IMG/VR virus record: IMGVR_UViG_3300009194_000004
Coordinates: 1 to 64,000 of that record
DNA from: an uncultured virus (IMG/VR IMGVR_UViG_3300009194_000004)
Taxonomy: Duplodnaviria; Heunggongvirae; Uroviricota; Caudoviricetes
Length of the DNA stretch: 64,000 nt
Direction: 5' to 3' (one strand)
Position 1 is the first letter of the stretch, and the number at the start of each line of letters is the position of its first letter. Of this stretch, positions 1-9,505 are shown piece after piece. The notes beneath the pieces are model-generated. The model was not told where the DNA came from and did not search any database. It saw only the letters and a program-made list of their open reading frames with translations. Position numbers and translations under genes: made by a program.

Positions 1-465
1 CCCAGAGCGTTTTACCATATCCAAAAGTCGGCGGTACAACGACTACTCGCAGCAGCTCAAGCACTGCTGTGGCATTGGGGTTACTTGGACATCGCCATTC
101 TGTTGCAGGTCGAACAGATCAATACGACCGAGCAGAACATCCCTGGCATTACCCAGCAACCTCGGAGCAACACGCGGATCTCACGCAAGTACATTGATGA
201 GTTGATGGTGGCGTACCCACACGTTAAACCACAACGCCCGAAAGCAGGCACGGGCGAAATCAACAACCGCAGCGGTAACATCGCAGCCATTGGCATCAAC
301 AATGTCACGCGTCTGATCATGCAAAGCAACTGGTACTACCACGGTCCTCTCGAACTGCGTCAGCTGGCGCAACAAACCGAGGGACGCGGCGTGGTTGCGG
401 TACCACCCGCCATTAAGAACCGCATCACTGAACTGGTGCTAGACTTGGCAAAGATCAATCAGTAA
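1..465 (+). CDS. 3' part of conserved jumbo-phage protein (phiKZ gp67-like), 5'-truncated by window edge
   Basis: Frame of ORF 85..465 is open back to base 1 (PRAFYHIQKSAVQRLLAAAQALLWHWGY...); lies immediately upstream of the gp68-like gene as in phiKZ. Confidence 0.7.
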   Translation, partial: PRAFYHIQKSAVQRLLAAAQALLWHWGYLDIAILLQVEQINTTEQNIPGITQQPRSNTRISRKYIDELMVAYPHVKPQRPKAGTGEINNRSGNIAAIGINNVTRLIMQSNWYYHGPLELRQLAQQTEGRGVVAVPPAIKNRITELVLDLAKINQ

Positions 466-505
466 GCTGATTGTGAATTTTTAACTGCAAAAGAGAGAGA
501 ACCCC

Positions 506-2161
506 ATGTACGGTTTAAACGTTAATATCTCGATCGCGGATTTTATTCTGACGCAGACCGGGACCTACCAGGAGCAGAACCTCCGGCCGTTCACCACCAA
601 CATCCAAGCCGAGGCGATCAACGCGCTGGAGCGTTCGACCCGTGGTGGTCGCAACCTGGGCGTGTCCGCTGTGGAGGAAGTTGCTGGCAGTGTAATCCGG
701 CCCTCCGCCACGCCGGAGGCCAACGTCAACATTCAGCAAGGCTGGGCGTCCCGCCGGTTCCGGTTTCTGATGCGGGTGGTGGAAGAACATCCGTTCAACG
801 CCGGTCAGCGGGTGCAGCGCATCCTGTTCGGCTACACGGACCATTCGGACGCCTCCATCAACCACCTGGACCCGGAAATGCGGGTGTACTTCAACTCCGA
901 AACGGTGATTGCCGATCACATTCGCAACACTCCCAATGGTCCGGTGTCCGAGCCGATCGTGCTGGCGGCAAACCAGATCATCTCCCCACTGGACATGTTC
1001 GGTCCGGCGTCGAACTTCTCGGCGTACTACCAGAGCCCGTCCTCGTACCTGATCCGTCCGGAAGACGTGTTCGGTATGGGTCAGACTCGCAGTGTGACGG
1101 AAAAACTGATGCAGTCCGGTCAGTTTGAAGGCGGTATTGATCTGGTCATGGACTCCCGCAACACGGTGGGTCATGGTGGCACCTATAAGTACTCCCGTCG
1201 TCGTGACACCTCGCCGTCCCGCTACCTCTCAGACACCCTGTCCGCGTACAGTCACGCGGTGAAGGAGTCTCAGATGGAAGAGGAAGGCATCGGTGTGGGT
1301 GATCAGGAAGTACTGTACGGCGAAGCTCAGAGCCACGCCGCGAACCAGGACATCCACAAGAACATGTTCTTCTCCCGTCTGAAAGACGAGGCGCAGTTCA
1401 TGGAGCGCGGGTACGTGAAGTTCAAGGACCTACAACAGATGTTCCCGGAAGTTCAGCACACCACGAAGTACTCGTTGGACGATGGTCGCAGCATTCGTCG
1501 CGTCAATCAGGCGCAGGATAGTGAATATTGGACCGGTTCCGACAACATGACGTTGGCCGCGTGTACGCTGGCGCAGGTAGTCCCGTCCATCATGATGGAC
1601 AACTACATCCGCACCATCAGCTTCGCGGTAACCAACGGCCATGGCTTGGGCGAATACCTCATTGACTTCCACGAGAATGGCACCACCGGTGTGGTTCCTG
1701 GCCTGTCGATGATCGCGCCCTTGCAGGAGTTCCAGCGTCGTTTGATCACCGACGTGCTGAACACCGTCACCATGAGCAATCAGATCGGCTTCCAGATCAG
1801 CATGAGCTCGGATCTGGCCGGCGACAGTGTCATTGACATTGCCATGGACGGGGAACCCGTGCGTCGTTACGTGGCACCCACGTTCAGTGACTCGCTGTTC
1901 GCTCCGGTGATCACCCGTGACCGCCAGCGTCCGCAGGACATTTCCAATGACCTGCTGTACTTGGTAGAGCACACAATCCCCAACGCTCGTGAGACGGGCA
2001 TTGTCGGTGCCCAAGGCCAACCGTTCGATCAAGCCTTTGGACATCAGCCGCCCCATCCGGCCAACGGTCCACACCAGGAACCGATGGTAGGCAATGGTTA
2101 TCCCTCCAACCCGTACAACAACCAAGGTTTTAACAATGGCAACGATACAGGACTTTTATAA
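506..2161 (+). CDS. Non-virion RNA polymerase promoter-specificity subunit (phiKZ gp68-like)
   Basis: 551 aa; motifs GW..RRFRF, GYTD, MRVYFNS, LIRPEDVF and C-terminal PTFSDSLFAP recalled from the gp68 family; synteny with nvRNAP genes. Confidence 0.8.
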   Translation: MYGLNVNISIADFILTQTGTYQEQNLRPFTTNIQAEAINALERSTRGGRNLGVSAVEEVAGSVIRPSATPEANVNIQQGWASRRFRFLMRVVEEHPFNAGQRVQRILFGYTDHSDASINHLDPEMRVYFNSETVIADHIRNTPNGPVSEPIVLAANQIISPLDMFGPASNFSAYYQSPSSYLIRPEDVFGMGQTRSVTEKLMQSGQFEGGIDLVMDSRNTVGHGGTYKYSRRRDTSPSRYLSDTLSAYSHAVKESQMEEEGIGVGDQEVLYGEAQSHAANQDIHKNMFFSRLKDEAQFMERGYVKFKDLQQMFPEVQHTTKYSLDDGRSIRRVNQAQDSEYWTGSDNMTLAACTLAQVVPSIMMDNYIRTISFAVTNGHGLGEYLIDFHENGTTGVVPGLSMIAPLQEFQRRLITDVLNTVTMSNQIGFQISMSSDLAGDSVIDIAMDGEPVRRYVAPTFSDSLFAPVITRDRQRPQDISNDLLYLVEHTIPNARETGIVGAQGQPFDQAFGHQPPHPANGPHQEPMVGNGYPSNPYNNQGFNNGNDTGLL

Positions 2162-3479
2162 GAAATCCCTGAGCGCTCTGCGTTTCCAGGTGGACGACGA
2201 TGACCTCATCAGCTTCCTGAACCCGGAAGGTCGCGCTACCCCGACAGTCGTGGATGGCCGTCGGTTGGTACTGCCGACCAAGCAGCGACTCCGGGAAGGC
2301 TTCGGTGAGGACCTCCAACCGTTCCATCCGCTGTCTGAGAACATCGCGCGGCGCAGTGCGTCGCCGGTGATCAAGAACATGCAGCGGACGGCCAAAGCGG
2401 TGCTGGCCCATTACTTCACCGAGCTGTCACTGCGACTGCTTGCGGTGGCCTCCGACCCGAGTCTGCACAAGGACCTCCCACCGGCGTGCAGTGAGTACTT
2501 GAAGAAAGTGTCCAATGCGGATGCGAAAACCCTCAAGGACTTCGACACGCTGATTGGTAAGGCCGTGCAGAAGAACAAGCTAATCACGCTGTACCTGCGC
2601 AATGGCGGTACCGTGGATGGGAAGAAGATGAATCGCCTGTGTGTGATTCGCTTCCCAATCATGGACGAGCTTAACGAGGAAAAGCCCTTCGGCATCAAGC
2701 TGCGTAAGAAAGACCGCGCGACGCTGCAGGCGCTCTTCCATCACATCATGCCATTCGGCGACAGCCCAGAGGAATACAGCGCCGGGTCCAACTCGCGGAT
2801 CGCGCCGTTCTTCGACGCGTTCATGCGAGCGTATGCGAAAGTGGCTGAGCAGCTGAACAGCGTGGTACGTAAGTACGCCAAGCCGATGGAGATCTCTCTG
2901 GAGCCCATCGACCTGAGCTACCTCGAAGAGCTGGACAATCTCGGTCAGTACTACGAGAAGATTCCAAGCCTGCGGGGTAACGATGGCGGTACGAAGGAAG
3001 ACACGCCCGAAGAAGCCGAGGCCACCAAGGCACCCACGGAAAAGCCGATCAAATCGGAAACCGTACAAGCACGGACGCCTGGGAAATCCACCCCCCTACC
3101 TCCGGCTGAAAAACCAAGCAGCGGGATGTCGGTGGACGACTTCATGAAGACCATCAACCCGCAGCAGGCACAGCCTGCCCAACCGCAGAACCCGTACCAA
3201 GCGGCACCACCACCCAACCCGTACGCAACCCCCGGTCCGGTAGCGCCTTACGGCCAACCGAACCAACCCATGGGTGGTTACGGCGGCTACGGTGGTGGTT
3301 ACGGCGGTGGTGGCTACGGCGACCCCAGGCGTCCAGGCTGGCTGACTGGTGGTCAACCCAACCAACCTTCCCAACCAGTTAACCCGTTCGCGCAAGCGCT
3401 CGCTGGTGGTGCTCAGGCACAGCCGTCTGGTTATGGGAATCAACCCTACCCCCCAATGGGTGGCGGTAGCAGTCTGTAA
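2136..3479 (+). CDS. picA: Phage-nucleus protein import factor PicA/Imp1 (phiKZ gp69-like)
   Basis: Start taken at ATG 2136 (MATIQDFY), overlapping the gp68-like stop; RRLVLPT and FHPLSENIAR motifs; long Pro/Gln/Gly/Tyr-rich C-terminal tail; position between gp68-like and gp70-like genes. Assignment by synteny and recall. Confidence 0.65.
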   Translation: MATIQDFYKKSLSALRFQVDDDDLISFLNPEGRATPTVVDGRRLVLPTKQRLREGFGEDLQPFHPLSENIARRSASPVIKNMQRTAKAVLAHYFTELSLRLLAVASDPSLHKDLPPACSEYLKKVSNADAKTLKDFDTLIGKAVQKNKLITLYLRNGGTVDGKKMNRLCVIRFPIMDELNEEKPFGIKLRKKDRATLQALFHHIMPFGDSPEEYSAGSNSRIAPFFDAFMRAYAKVAEQLNSVVRKYAKPMEISLEPIDLSYLEELDNLGQYYEKIPSLRGNDGGTKEDTPEEAEATKAPTEKPIKSETVQARTPGKSTPLPPAEKPSSGMSVDDFMKTINPQQAQPAQPQNPYQAAPPPNPYATPGPVAPYGQPNQPMGGYGGYGGGYGGGGYGDPRRPGWLTGGQPNQPSQPVNPFAQALAGGAQAQPSGYGNQPYPPMGGGSSL

Positions 3480-3493
3480 CGCAGACGCGGCAT

Positions 3494-3525
3494 AGAGGGA
3501 GTCCGTTGGGACTCCCTCTTTTTTT
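3494..3525. terminator. Bidirectional intrinsic terminator between convergent genes
   Basis: AGAGGGAGTCC-gttg-GGACTCCCTCT hairpin followed by a T-run. Confidence 0.85.
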
Positions 3526-3526
3526 G

Positions 3527-3898
3527 TTAACCTGAGACTTTGGTGGAAAGGTAAAGTGTCCGCAGATCGGCCAGAATGTCATCGGGTGGCATCAATAGCG
3601 TAAACCCGATTTCCCGCACGTAGGGGTTGTGCAACTGACGACCGAACTGATTGGGACTTTCCATGCCATTGACCCGCATATAAATCCAGTGTTTATCGAG
3701 CGACACCCCCAACTCACCCAACAGACCGTAGAAATCCCCTTCGTACTGATGGATCTTGTCGGGACTGACGTTCGACCGTTGTGTCGTTGGATGGTACCGT
3801 AAGATTTGCAGGTGCGTCTCCAGGATCGTACGGAACTCCGGTTCGTACATTACCTCATCGCCCGGCGGGCGTTTCAGGGTGGCTATGGTAAAAGCCAT
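3527..3898 (-). CDS. Conserved jumbo-phage protein (phiKZ gp70-like)
   Basis: ATG at 3898 preceded by AGGAG; FRTILETHL...YEGDFYGLL...MRVNG motifs; divergent from the nvRNAP beta gene as in phiKZ. Confidence 0.75.
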   Translation of the reverse strand: MAFTIATLKRPPGDEVMYEPEFRTILETHLQILRYHPTTQRSNVSPDKIHQYEGDFYGLLGELGVSLDKHWIYMRVNGMESPNQFGRQLHNPYVREIGFTLLMPPDDILADLRTLYLSTKVSG

Positions 3899-3980
3899 GG
3901 ATGTTGCTCCTATTGACATTGAGATCTATATCATCCCGTTGGACACTTAAATAACTGCAGTAATTCGAGGATCGATAAAA

Positions 3981-5159
3981 ATGACCGAACGAAACCGTAA
4001 AGAGATTGGGGTGGATATGCTTGGCGTGAACGCCATGGACCCCTACTTCCAAAATTCATCAGGTCCCCGGAAGGCAATGTTCTCCACCCAGATCGGTCAG
4101 GCCCCGATCGTGGATGGTAATACCCCACGCCGGATCTTCACTGGCGTGGAAACCAAATACGCCGACGACACGTTTGATGTGTCACTACCTTGCCACGCAA
4201 CCATTTTGAAAGTCATTCACAAGTTCCCTATCGGCATGGGTCGGGACGTCATTCGGCATAACCCCACCACCGTGGTGATCTACGAAGATTACTACGACCC
4301 ACATAAGACCATTGGGGTGTTGGAAGTCAACGATTTCATGTCACTACACCAGGACTTCGGGTTCCGCATGGAGAAAGATCCGGAAGTGTGGAACGAACTG
4401 GGTCCGCGTGTGATGATGGAGAAAGGGACGCGTCTGGCCAAATCCCCAGCGGTCCGTGAGAACGGTCAGTATGGGATTGGATTGGAAGCAGAAGTGGCGT
4501 TCATGTCCATGCCTGGTACCATCGAGGATGGGTTCGTGGTGTCCCGGACGTTCCTGGAACGGATGACGCCCCGAACCTACAACACGGCCGTAGGTAATTG
4601 GGGGCGGAAAGCGTTCCCGTTGAACCTTTATGGAGACGACGAGCACTATAAGCCGTTCCCGGACATTGGCGATACCATCCGGGACGACGGATTAGTGTTT
4701 GCTCTGCGGGAGATCGATGACGATCTTGGCGTGGCAGAGATGACCCCGCGTGCCCTGCGGGAAGTGGACTACGCGTTCGACAAACCATTCTTCGGGAAAC
4801 CCGGGGCCAAGATCGTGGATGTCAATGTCTACCACGATGACCGACTGAACCCGTCCAGTACGCCGGTCGGTATGGACACCCAAGCTCGGAAGTACTACGA
4901 CGCTCAGGTGGTGTTCTACCAATCACTGATGGACGAGTATAATCGCTTGGCTAAACGGCGCGGTAAGCGTCTGTGCATCACTCCCGAGTTTAACCGTTTG
5001 TTGGTGGAAGCTCAGATGTTCCTGCCAGTGGCAGGGGACCGCCGTAAGCTGACCCGGATGTACCGTCTGGAGCAACTTGACGAATGGCGTGTGGAGGTGA
5101 CCTACGAGAAACGCTTGGAATCCAACATGGGTTACAAGTTCACTGACATGCATGGTGGT
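3981..5159 (+). CDS. nvRNAP beta-like subunit, exon 1 (phiKZ gp71/73-like)
   Basis: RpoB-like motifs (SGPRKAMF, IFTGVE, EDGFVVS); ends in GYKFTDMHGG, the first half of the conserved GDKxxxxHGxKG motif. Confidence 0.9.
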
Positions 5160-6504
5160 AATTAATTTGTGAGGGTTCATCTATCTCCAGCAATATTAGG
5201 AGGTAAGATGAAAAAGAGTAAAGAGTTTAGACGCATTCCCGGATATGATCAATACGCTGTCAGTAAAGACGGTGTGGTGAAGTCCGTGGTTAGAGATATT
5301 GTACTCAGCCAATACCTTTTAGATGGGTATTTGATTGTAGACACGTTCCGTGGATCAAAAACGGAAACCCTACCTGTCCATAGAGCCGTTGCGTTGGCAT
5401 GGGTTGAAAACCCAAACCCTGAGAAGTTTACAGTGGTCAACCACAAAGACGGCGATCGGACAAACAATTGGTACGAGAACCTTGAGTGGACTGACTACTC
5501 AGGGAACAACTACCACGCCATTAATAGTGGTCTGCGCAACGACAACATTCCTTGTCGCATCCGGGATTTCGAAACCGGCGAGATAACGGAATTCAGTTCT
5601 ATGGCACAGGCAGCAGTGGCGATGGGTTTACGGGCATGTGAACCGTACAGTATCTTAAGACCAAAGATGTTCGGGAAGTTAGTTGCCGATAAATACGAGC
5701 TTCGGTTTAAAGACGAACCAACACCCTGGTTCTACGAAAATCGAACCGAGCGAGTTAAGCCTTCACGTTACATGGTTATTGTAACGGAAGAGGACGGTAG
5801 CAGTCGGGAAATCTTCTCGACGCGTGCTCTCCTTAAAGAGTATCAACTCTACGACAGCCCAATGAAATCAATCCCGGAGCTGGCGAAGTTTGGGAATCAG
5901 AAATACCCAAACAAAGAGTTCAAGGTACTTGACAGTTACTCCGGGGATCTTTACCGGGTTACGCGTCAAACCAAAGAGAGCCGTAAGCTACCTGTCCTGG
6001 CACGTAATCCAGATGGGGATATGCATTTCGACTCTTTGACTCAATGTGCCAAACACTTCGGTGTTGATCGTTCCGTCATTCACAATCGACTTGATAAGCA
6101 AATAGATTTGGATGGATGGACCTTCACAAGAAATATTGCCCCTTCAGTCCTTGATGGCTGAAGGAGTCTCCTTTAACTGACGGGAACGCCCTGAGAGCCT
6201 CATACACCAACTACATCGGTGGAAACACATGTAGGGCCAGTCTAATCAGCTGGACGGTAAAAGAGATGAGGATTGGGTGATCCGCAGCCAAGCTCCTACG
6301 GATCGCTGTGAAGCGAGCTACGGAGAAGGTTCAACGACTAACCGTTCACCACGGTGTACCCGCCAAGCGGCGTCGGCTAATTACCGGTTAATAGGGAAAT
6401 GGGGAGCCTCTCATTGAGGGGAAGATATAGTCTGGTCCTTGGGGAAACTCAAGGCGGGTGTCATTGCACACCGGGTACAAGTAGCGATTGTACTGGACAA
6501 AACG
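5160..6504 (+). mobile_element. Group I self-splicing intron (1345 nt) with homing endonuclease ORF
   Basis: 5' exon ends in U (GGT 5157-5159) and the intron ends in G (6504). Core elements: P AACTGACGGGAAC (~6175), Q GATCCGCAGCCAAG (~6279), R GTTCAACGACTA (6329-6340), S AAGATATAGTCT (6422-6433); P7 GACTA/TAGTC. Splicing restores in-frame DMHGG-KGVVCK. Confidence 0.93.
5208..6161 (+). CDS. Intron-encoded NUMOD4-HNH homing endonuclease with C-terminal NUMOD1/IENR-like repeats
   Basis: AGGAGG then ATG 5208; FRRIPGYDQYAVSKDG (NUMOD4); VHRAVALAW...VNHKDGDRTNN..ENLEW (HNH); FSSMAQAA and FDSLTQCAKHFG repeats. Confidence 0.9.
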   Translation: MKKSKEFRRIPGYDQYAVSKDGVVKSVVRDIVLSQYLLDGYLIVDTFRGSKTETLPVHRAVALAWVENPNPEKFTVVNHKDGDRTNNWYENLEWTDYSGNNYHAINSGLRNDNIPCRIRDFETGEITEFSSMAQAAVAMGLRACEPYSILRPKMFGKLVADKYELRFKDEPTPWFYENRTERVKPSRYMVIVTEEDGSSREIFSTRALLKEYQLYDSPMKSIPELAKFGNQKYPNKEFKVLDSYSGDLYRVTRQTKESRKLPVLARNPDGDMHFDSLTQCAKHFGVDRSVIHNRLDKQIDLDGWTFTRNIAPSVLDG

Positions 6505-7461
6505 AAAGGCGTCGTCTGTAAGATAATGGAGGACGCCGACATGCCTGTGGATGAGAACGGCAACCGAGCCGACGTGGTCATCTATGGCATCTCCACAGTT
6601 AAACGGATGAACTTTGGTCGCTTCTACGAACAGTTCATCAACGCTGCCAGTCGGGACCTACTACACAAAGTCCGTCGTCAGGCGGGTCTGAAACACAACG
6701 TCAAACCCACCGCCTATCAGTTGGCTACGGTCAAACAGAATACGGAGGTAGTGGAGTCCATTTGGCAACAACTGATGGGTTACTACGAGATCGTGGCCCC
6801 ACTGCAACAGGACCTATTGATTGACGACCCAGACCACTGGCGTCATGTAGAAGCGGTGCTGATGGACGAGGGGACCTGGCACGATGGAATCTACCTGTGG
6901 GTTCCGCCCGATAACCCGGTCAACAACCTAGCGATGGCAAAGGAGTTACGCGACAGTGAGTTCTGCCCGCACTATGGCCCGGTGACCTATCGGGACAACG
7001 CGGGTAAAATGGTGACCACGGTGGACCCCACATTGATCGGTACGCTGTACATGATCATGTTGGAGAAAACCGGGGAAGACTGGTCTGGGGTGGCTTCGGT
7101 GAAAACCAACCACTTCGGGGTACCGGCCAAGCTCAATAACTACGACAAACAAACCGCACCGGGACGGCAGGCACCGGTTCGAGCGCTGGGCGAGTCCGAG
7201 ACCCGTTCGTACATCTCCACGGTAGGTCCAGAAGCCACCATGGAGTTGTTGGACCAGTCAAACAACCACACCACCCACAGCCATGCCGTGGAGACAATCC
7301 TCAAAGCACCCAAGCCAACCAACATCGACAAGGTGGTGGATCGGAAGAAGGTGCCGTTTGGTGGTTCACGTCCGGTGGCACTGGTGCAACACGTGCTGAA
7401 CTGCCGTGGCATCAAGTTTGTCTACCGACCAGACACGGAAGGCAGTGGGAACCAACTGTAA
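6505..7461 (+). CDS. nvRNAP beta-like subunit, exon 2 (spliced product ~711 aa)
   Basis: Begins KGVVCKIMEDADMPVDENGNRADVV; RMNFGRFYEQ; Y-MLEK; GESETR (RpoB GEME-like). Confidence 0.9.
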   Translation, partial: KGVVCKIMEDADMPVDENGNRADVVIYGISTVKRMNFGRFYEQFINAASRDLLHKVRRQAGLKHNVKPTAYQLATVKQNTEVVESIWQQLMGYYEIVAPLQQDLLIDDPDHWRHVEAVLMDEGTWHDGIYLWVPPDNPVNNLAMAKELRDSEFCPHYGPVTYRDNAGKMVTTVDPTLIGTLYMIMLEKTGEDWSGVASVKTNHFGVPAKLNNYDKQTAPGRQAPVRALGESETRSYISTVGPEATMELLDQSNNHTTHSHAVETILKAPKPTNIDKVVDRKKVPFGGSRPVALVQHVLNCRGIKFVYRPDTEGSGNQL

Positions 7462-7485
7462 TTGTAACACAAAAGGGCTTAGAAG

Positions 7486-9456
7486 ATGAACCGTTACAAC
7501 GCGCGTGATCTGTTGGCCCTCACCGTTGACGAGTTGTGGTCGCTCCCAGAGGAGCGCCACATCATCGTCTTTGACGATGGGGAACTGACAACACATACCC
7601 GGGCAACCATCACCTCGGTGTACCTCTGGTACATCATCCAACAATACCCCGACACTCCGATCTTGAAGGAGTTCCATCTGGGGGGCCAAACCTTCAGCAG
7701 TAAGCTGATGGTCGGGTTGATCAACAAAGTGATCTGGACGGTCCATGATCACCATCAAGTGGACCCGGAGGTCTTGGCCAAATGGGCATTCGATACCACC
7801 AACCGTTTCTACAACGACTTCACCGTCCGCTTGGCGGCCCACGTCTCCAGCATGAGCATGTTCGACGTACTGGAGATCATGTATCACCCAGAGGTGCAGA
7901 AAGCCAACAAGGAAGTGGAGCCCACTCAAGCGTCCATCGAGGAGGAATGCTACCCCCGTTTGAAGAAGGTGTTGACCGAGGCGCCGGAATTGAACGGCAA
8001 CCCGATGGCGGATGCCTGTCGATCGGGCACCGCTTCAGCCGGTCAGGTGTTACAGTGCGTGGGCCCTCGTGGGTTCATGACCGACATCAACTCGGACATC
8101 TTCCCCGAACCGATCATGACCGGGTACATCGAGGGCATCAATGGGCTGTACGAGTCCACGATCGAATCCCGTTCCGGCTCGAAGTCACTGCTGTACAACA
8201 AGGAGCTGCTGCGGTCCACGGAATACTTCAACCGGAAGACCCAGTTGATTGCGGAGTACGTTCGCAACCTGCACCCTGGCGATTGCGGTACACCGCACGT
8301 TCGGGATTTCCCGGTCATGCACGACAACCTCAAATCCCTGGAAGGGAAGTACCACGTGGTGGATGGGAAGCTGGAAGTCCTGCGTGGTGATGAGGAACAC
8401 CTGTGCGGAAAACACATCAAGCTTCGTTCGGTTTTCGGGTGCATTCATCCCGACCCGGCGGGCGTGTGCTTGACATGTTATGGCGAGCTGGGTCTGGCCA
8501 TTCCGTACGGCACCAACGTCGGGCAGGTCAGTGCGGTGTCCATGGGGGACAAGATCACCTCCAGCGTACTGTCGACCAAGCACTTGGATTCCACATCCCG
8601 TGTGGAGAAGTTCCACCTGGAAGGGGTTGAGGCCAAGTATTTGGAGTACGGCAAAGAACCGGAGATGCTCTACCTCAAGAAGAAACATCGGAACAAGTCG
8701 ATCCGTTTGGTGGTGGCACGCCAGGAAGCCCCGAACTTGGCGGACGTTTTGATGCTGAATGATCTGGATAATTACCCGGTCGCCAACGCCAGTCAGATTA
8801 CGATGATGCAATTCATCGTGGATGAAGGTGACGAGGGTCAAACGCAGGACGTCCTTCGGGTCTCCCTGTACAACCGTCGTTCCAGCTTCTCCAAAGAGTT
8901 GCTGCGCCACATCTCCAAGACGCGATGGACCCACGACAGTCGGGACAACATCGTGATCGATCTGACCGGTTTCGACCTTACCCAACCACTGCTTTCACTG
9001 CCGTTCAAGCACGTTAACATGCACGAGGTCATGAAGCGCATTCAGAGCTTCCTGCATTCGTCCAGCGACAGTGAGAACAAGAAACTGAAGGTGTCTACAC
9101 GTGACGTATCCCGAAACAAACTCAAGTTCCTGAAAAACTACAAGGACCCGACAGAGGCCTTGGTCAGCTTCACGGCCATGTTGAATGAAAAGCTCAACAT
9201 CAACATTGTGCATTGTGAGATCCTGCTGTACGCCATGATGGTTCGGTCCTCAGCGCAGCGCGATTATCGACTCCCCATCCCGGGATTCGATGGCTCGTTT
9301 GAGAACTACAACAACCTCATGATGAACCGCAGTCTCAGTGCTGCCATGGCTTACGAGAAACAAAGCGCCCCGCTGGTCTCTCCTTCCAGTTTCGTCTACA
9401 CTGATAGGAATGACCACCCGTACGATCTGATCGTGTTGGGAGGGCGTGTGAGCTAA
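7486..9456 (+). CDS. nvRNAP beta'-like C-terminal subunit (phiKZ gp74-like)
   Basis: SG....Q..G.RG motif; bridge-helix-like ESRSGSKSL..EYFNRK; Zn site GDCG...C....VC..CYG; LSTKH trigger-loop-like motif. Confidence 0.88.
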   Translation: MNRYNARDLLALTVDELWSLPEERHIIVFDDGELTTHTRATITSVYLWYIIQQYPDTPILKEFHLGGQTFSSKLMVGLINKVIWTVHDHHQVDPEVLAKWAFDTTNRFYNDFTVRLAAHVSSMSMFDVLEIMYHPEVQKANKEVEPTQASIEEECYPRLKKVLTEAPELNGNPMADACRSGTASAGQVLQCVGPRGFMTDINSDIFPEPIMTGYIEGINGLYESTIESRSGSKSLLYNKELLRSTEYFNRKTQLIAEYVRNLHPGDCGTPHVRDFPVMHDNLKSLEGKYHVVDGKLEVLRGDEEHLCGKHIKLRSVFGCIHPDPAGVCLTCYGELGLAIPYGTNVGQVSAVSMGDKITSSVLSTKHLDSTSRVEKFHLEGVEAKYLEYGKEPEMLYLKKKHRNKSIRLVVARQEAPNLADVLMLNDLDNYPVANASQITMMQFIVDEGDEGQTQDVLRVSLYNRRSSFSKELLRHISKTRWTHDSRDNIVIDLTGFDLTQPLLSLPFKHVNMHEVMKRIQSFLHSSSDSENKKLKVSTRDVSRNKLKFLKNYKDPTEALVSFTAMLNEKLNINIVHCEILLYAMMVRSSAQRDYRLPIPGFDGSFENYNNLMMNRSLSAAMAYEKQSAPLVSPSSFVYTDRNDHPYDLIVLGGRVS

Positions 9457-9505
9457 CCACGGAGGACGGGGGAGGGTGACAGCTCCCCCGTTGTTGTACC
9501 CAACA

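Noticed and set aside
3276..3320. GGTGGTTACGGC-type short tandem repeats
   Set aside because: They simply encode the GY-rich protein tail; not a DNA-level repeat element
5178..5190. CATCTATCTCC as an early promoter inside the intron
   Set aside because: Two mismatches to CTATATCAC and no N5-TGAA; better explained as the anti-SD stem
6439..6504. TTG start for a stand-alone 340-aa RNAP fragment
   Set aside because: Lies inside the intron P9 region; conserved protein sequence starts at KGVV (6505)
9466..9491. Hairpin ACGGGGGAG/CTCCCCCGT as a riboswitch or mobile-element end
   Set aside because: Single stem with no further support; most likely a weak terminator or processing stem between the gp74-like and gp75-like genes
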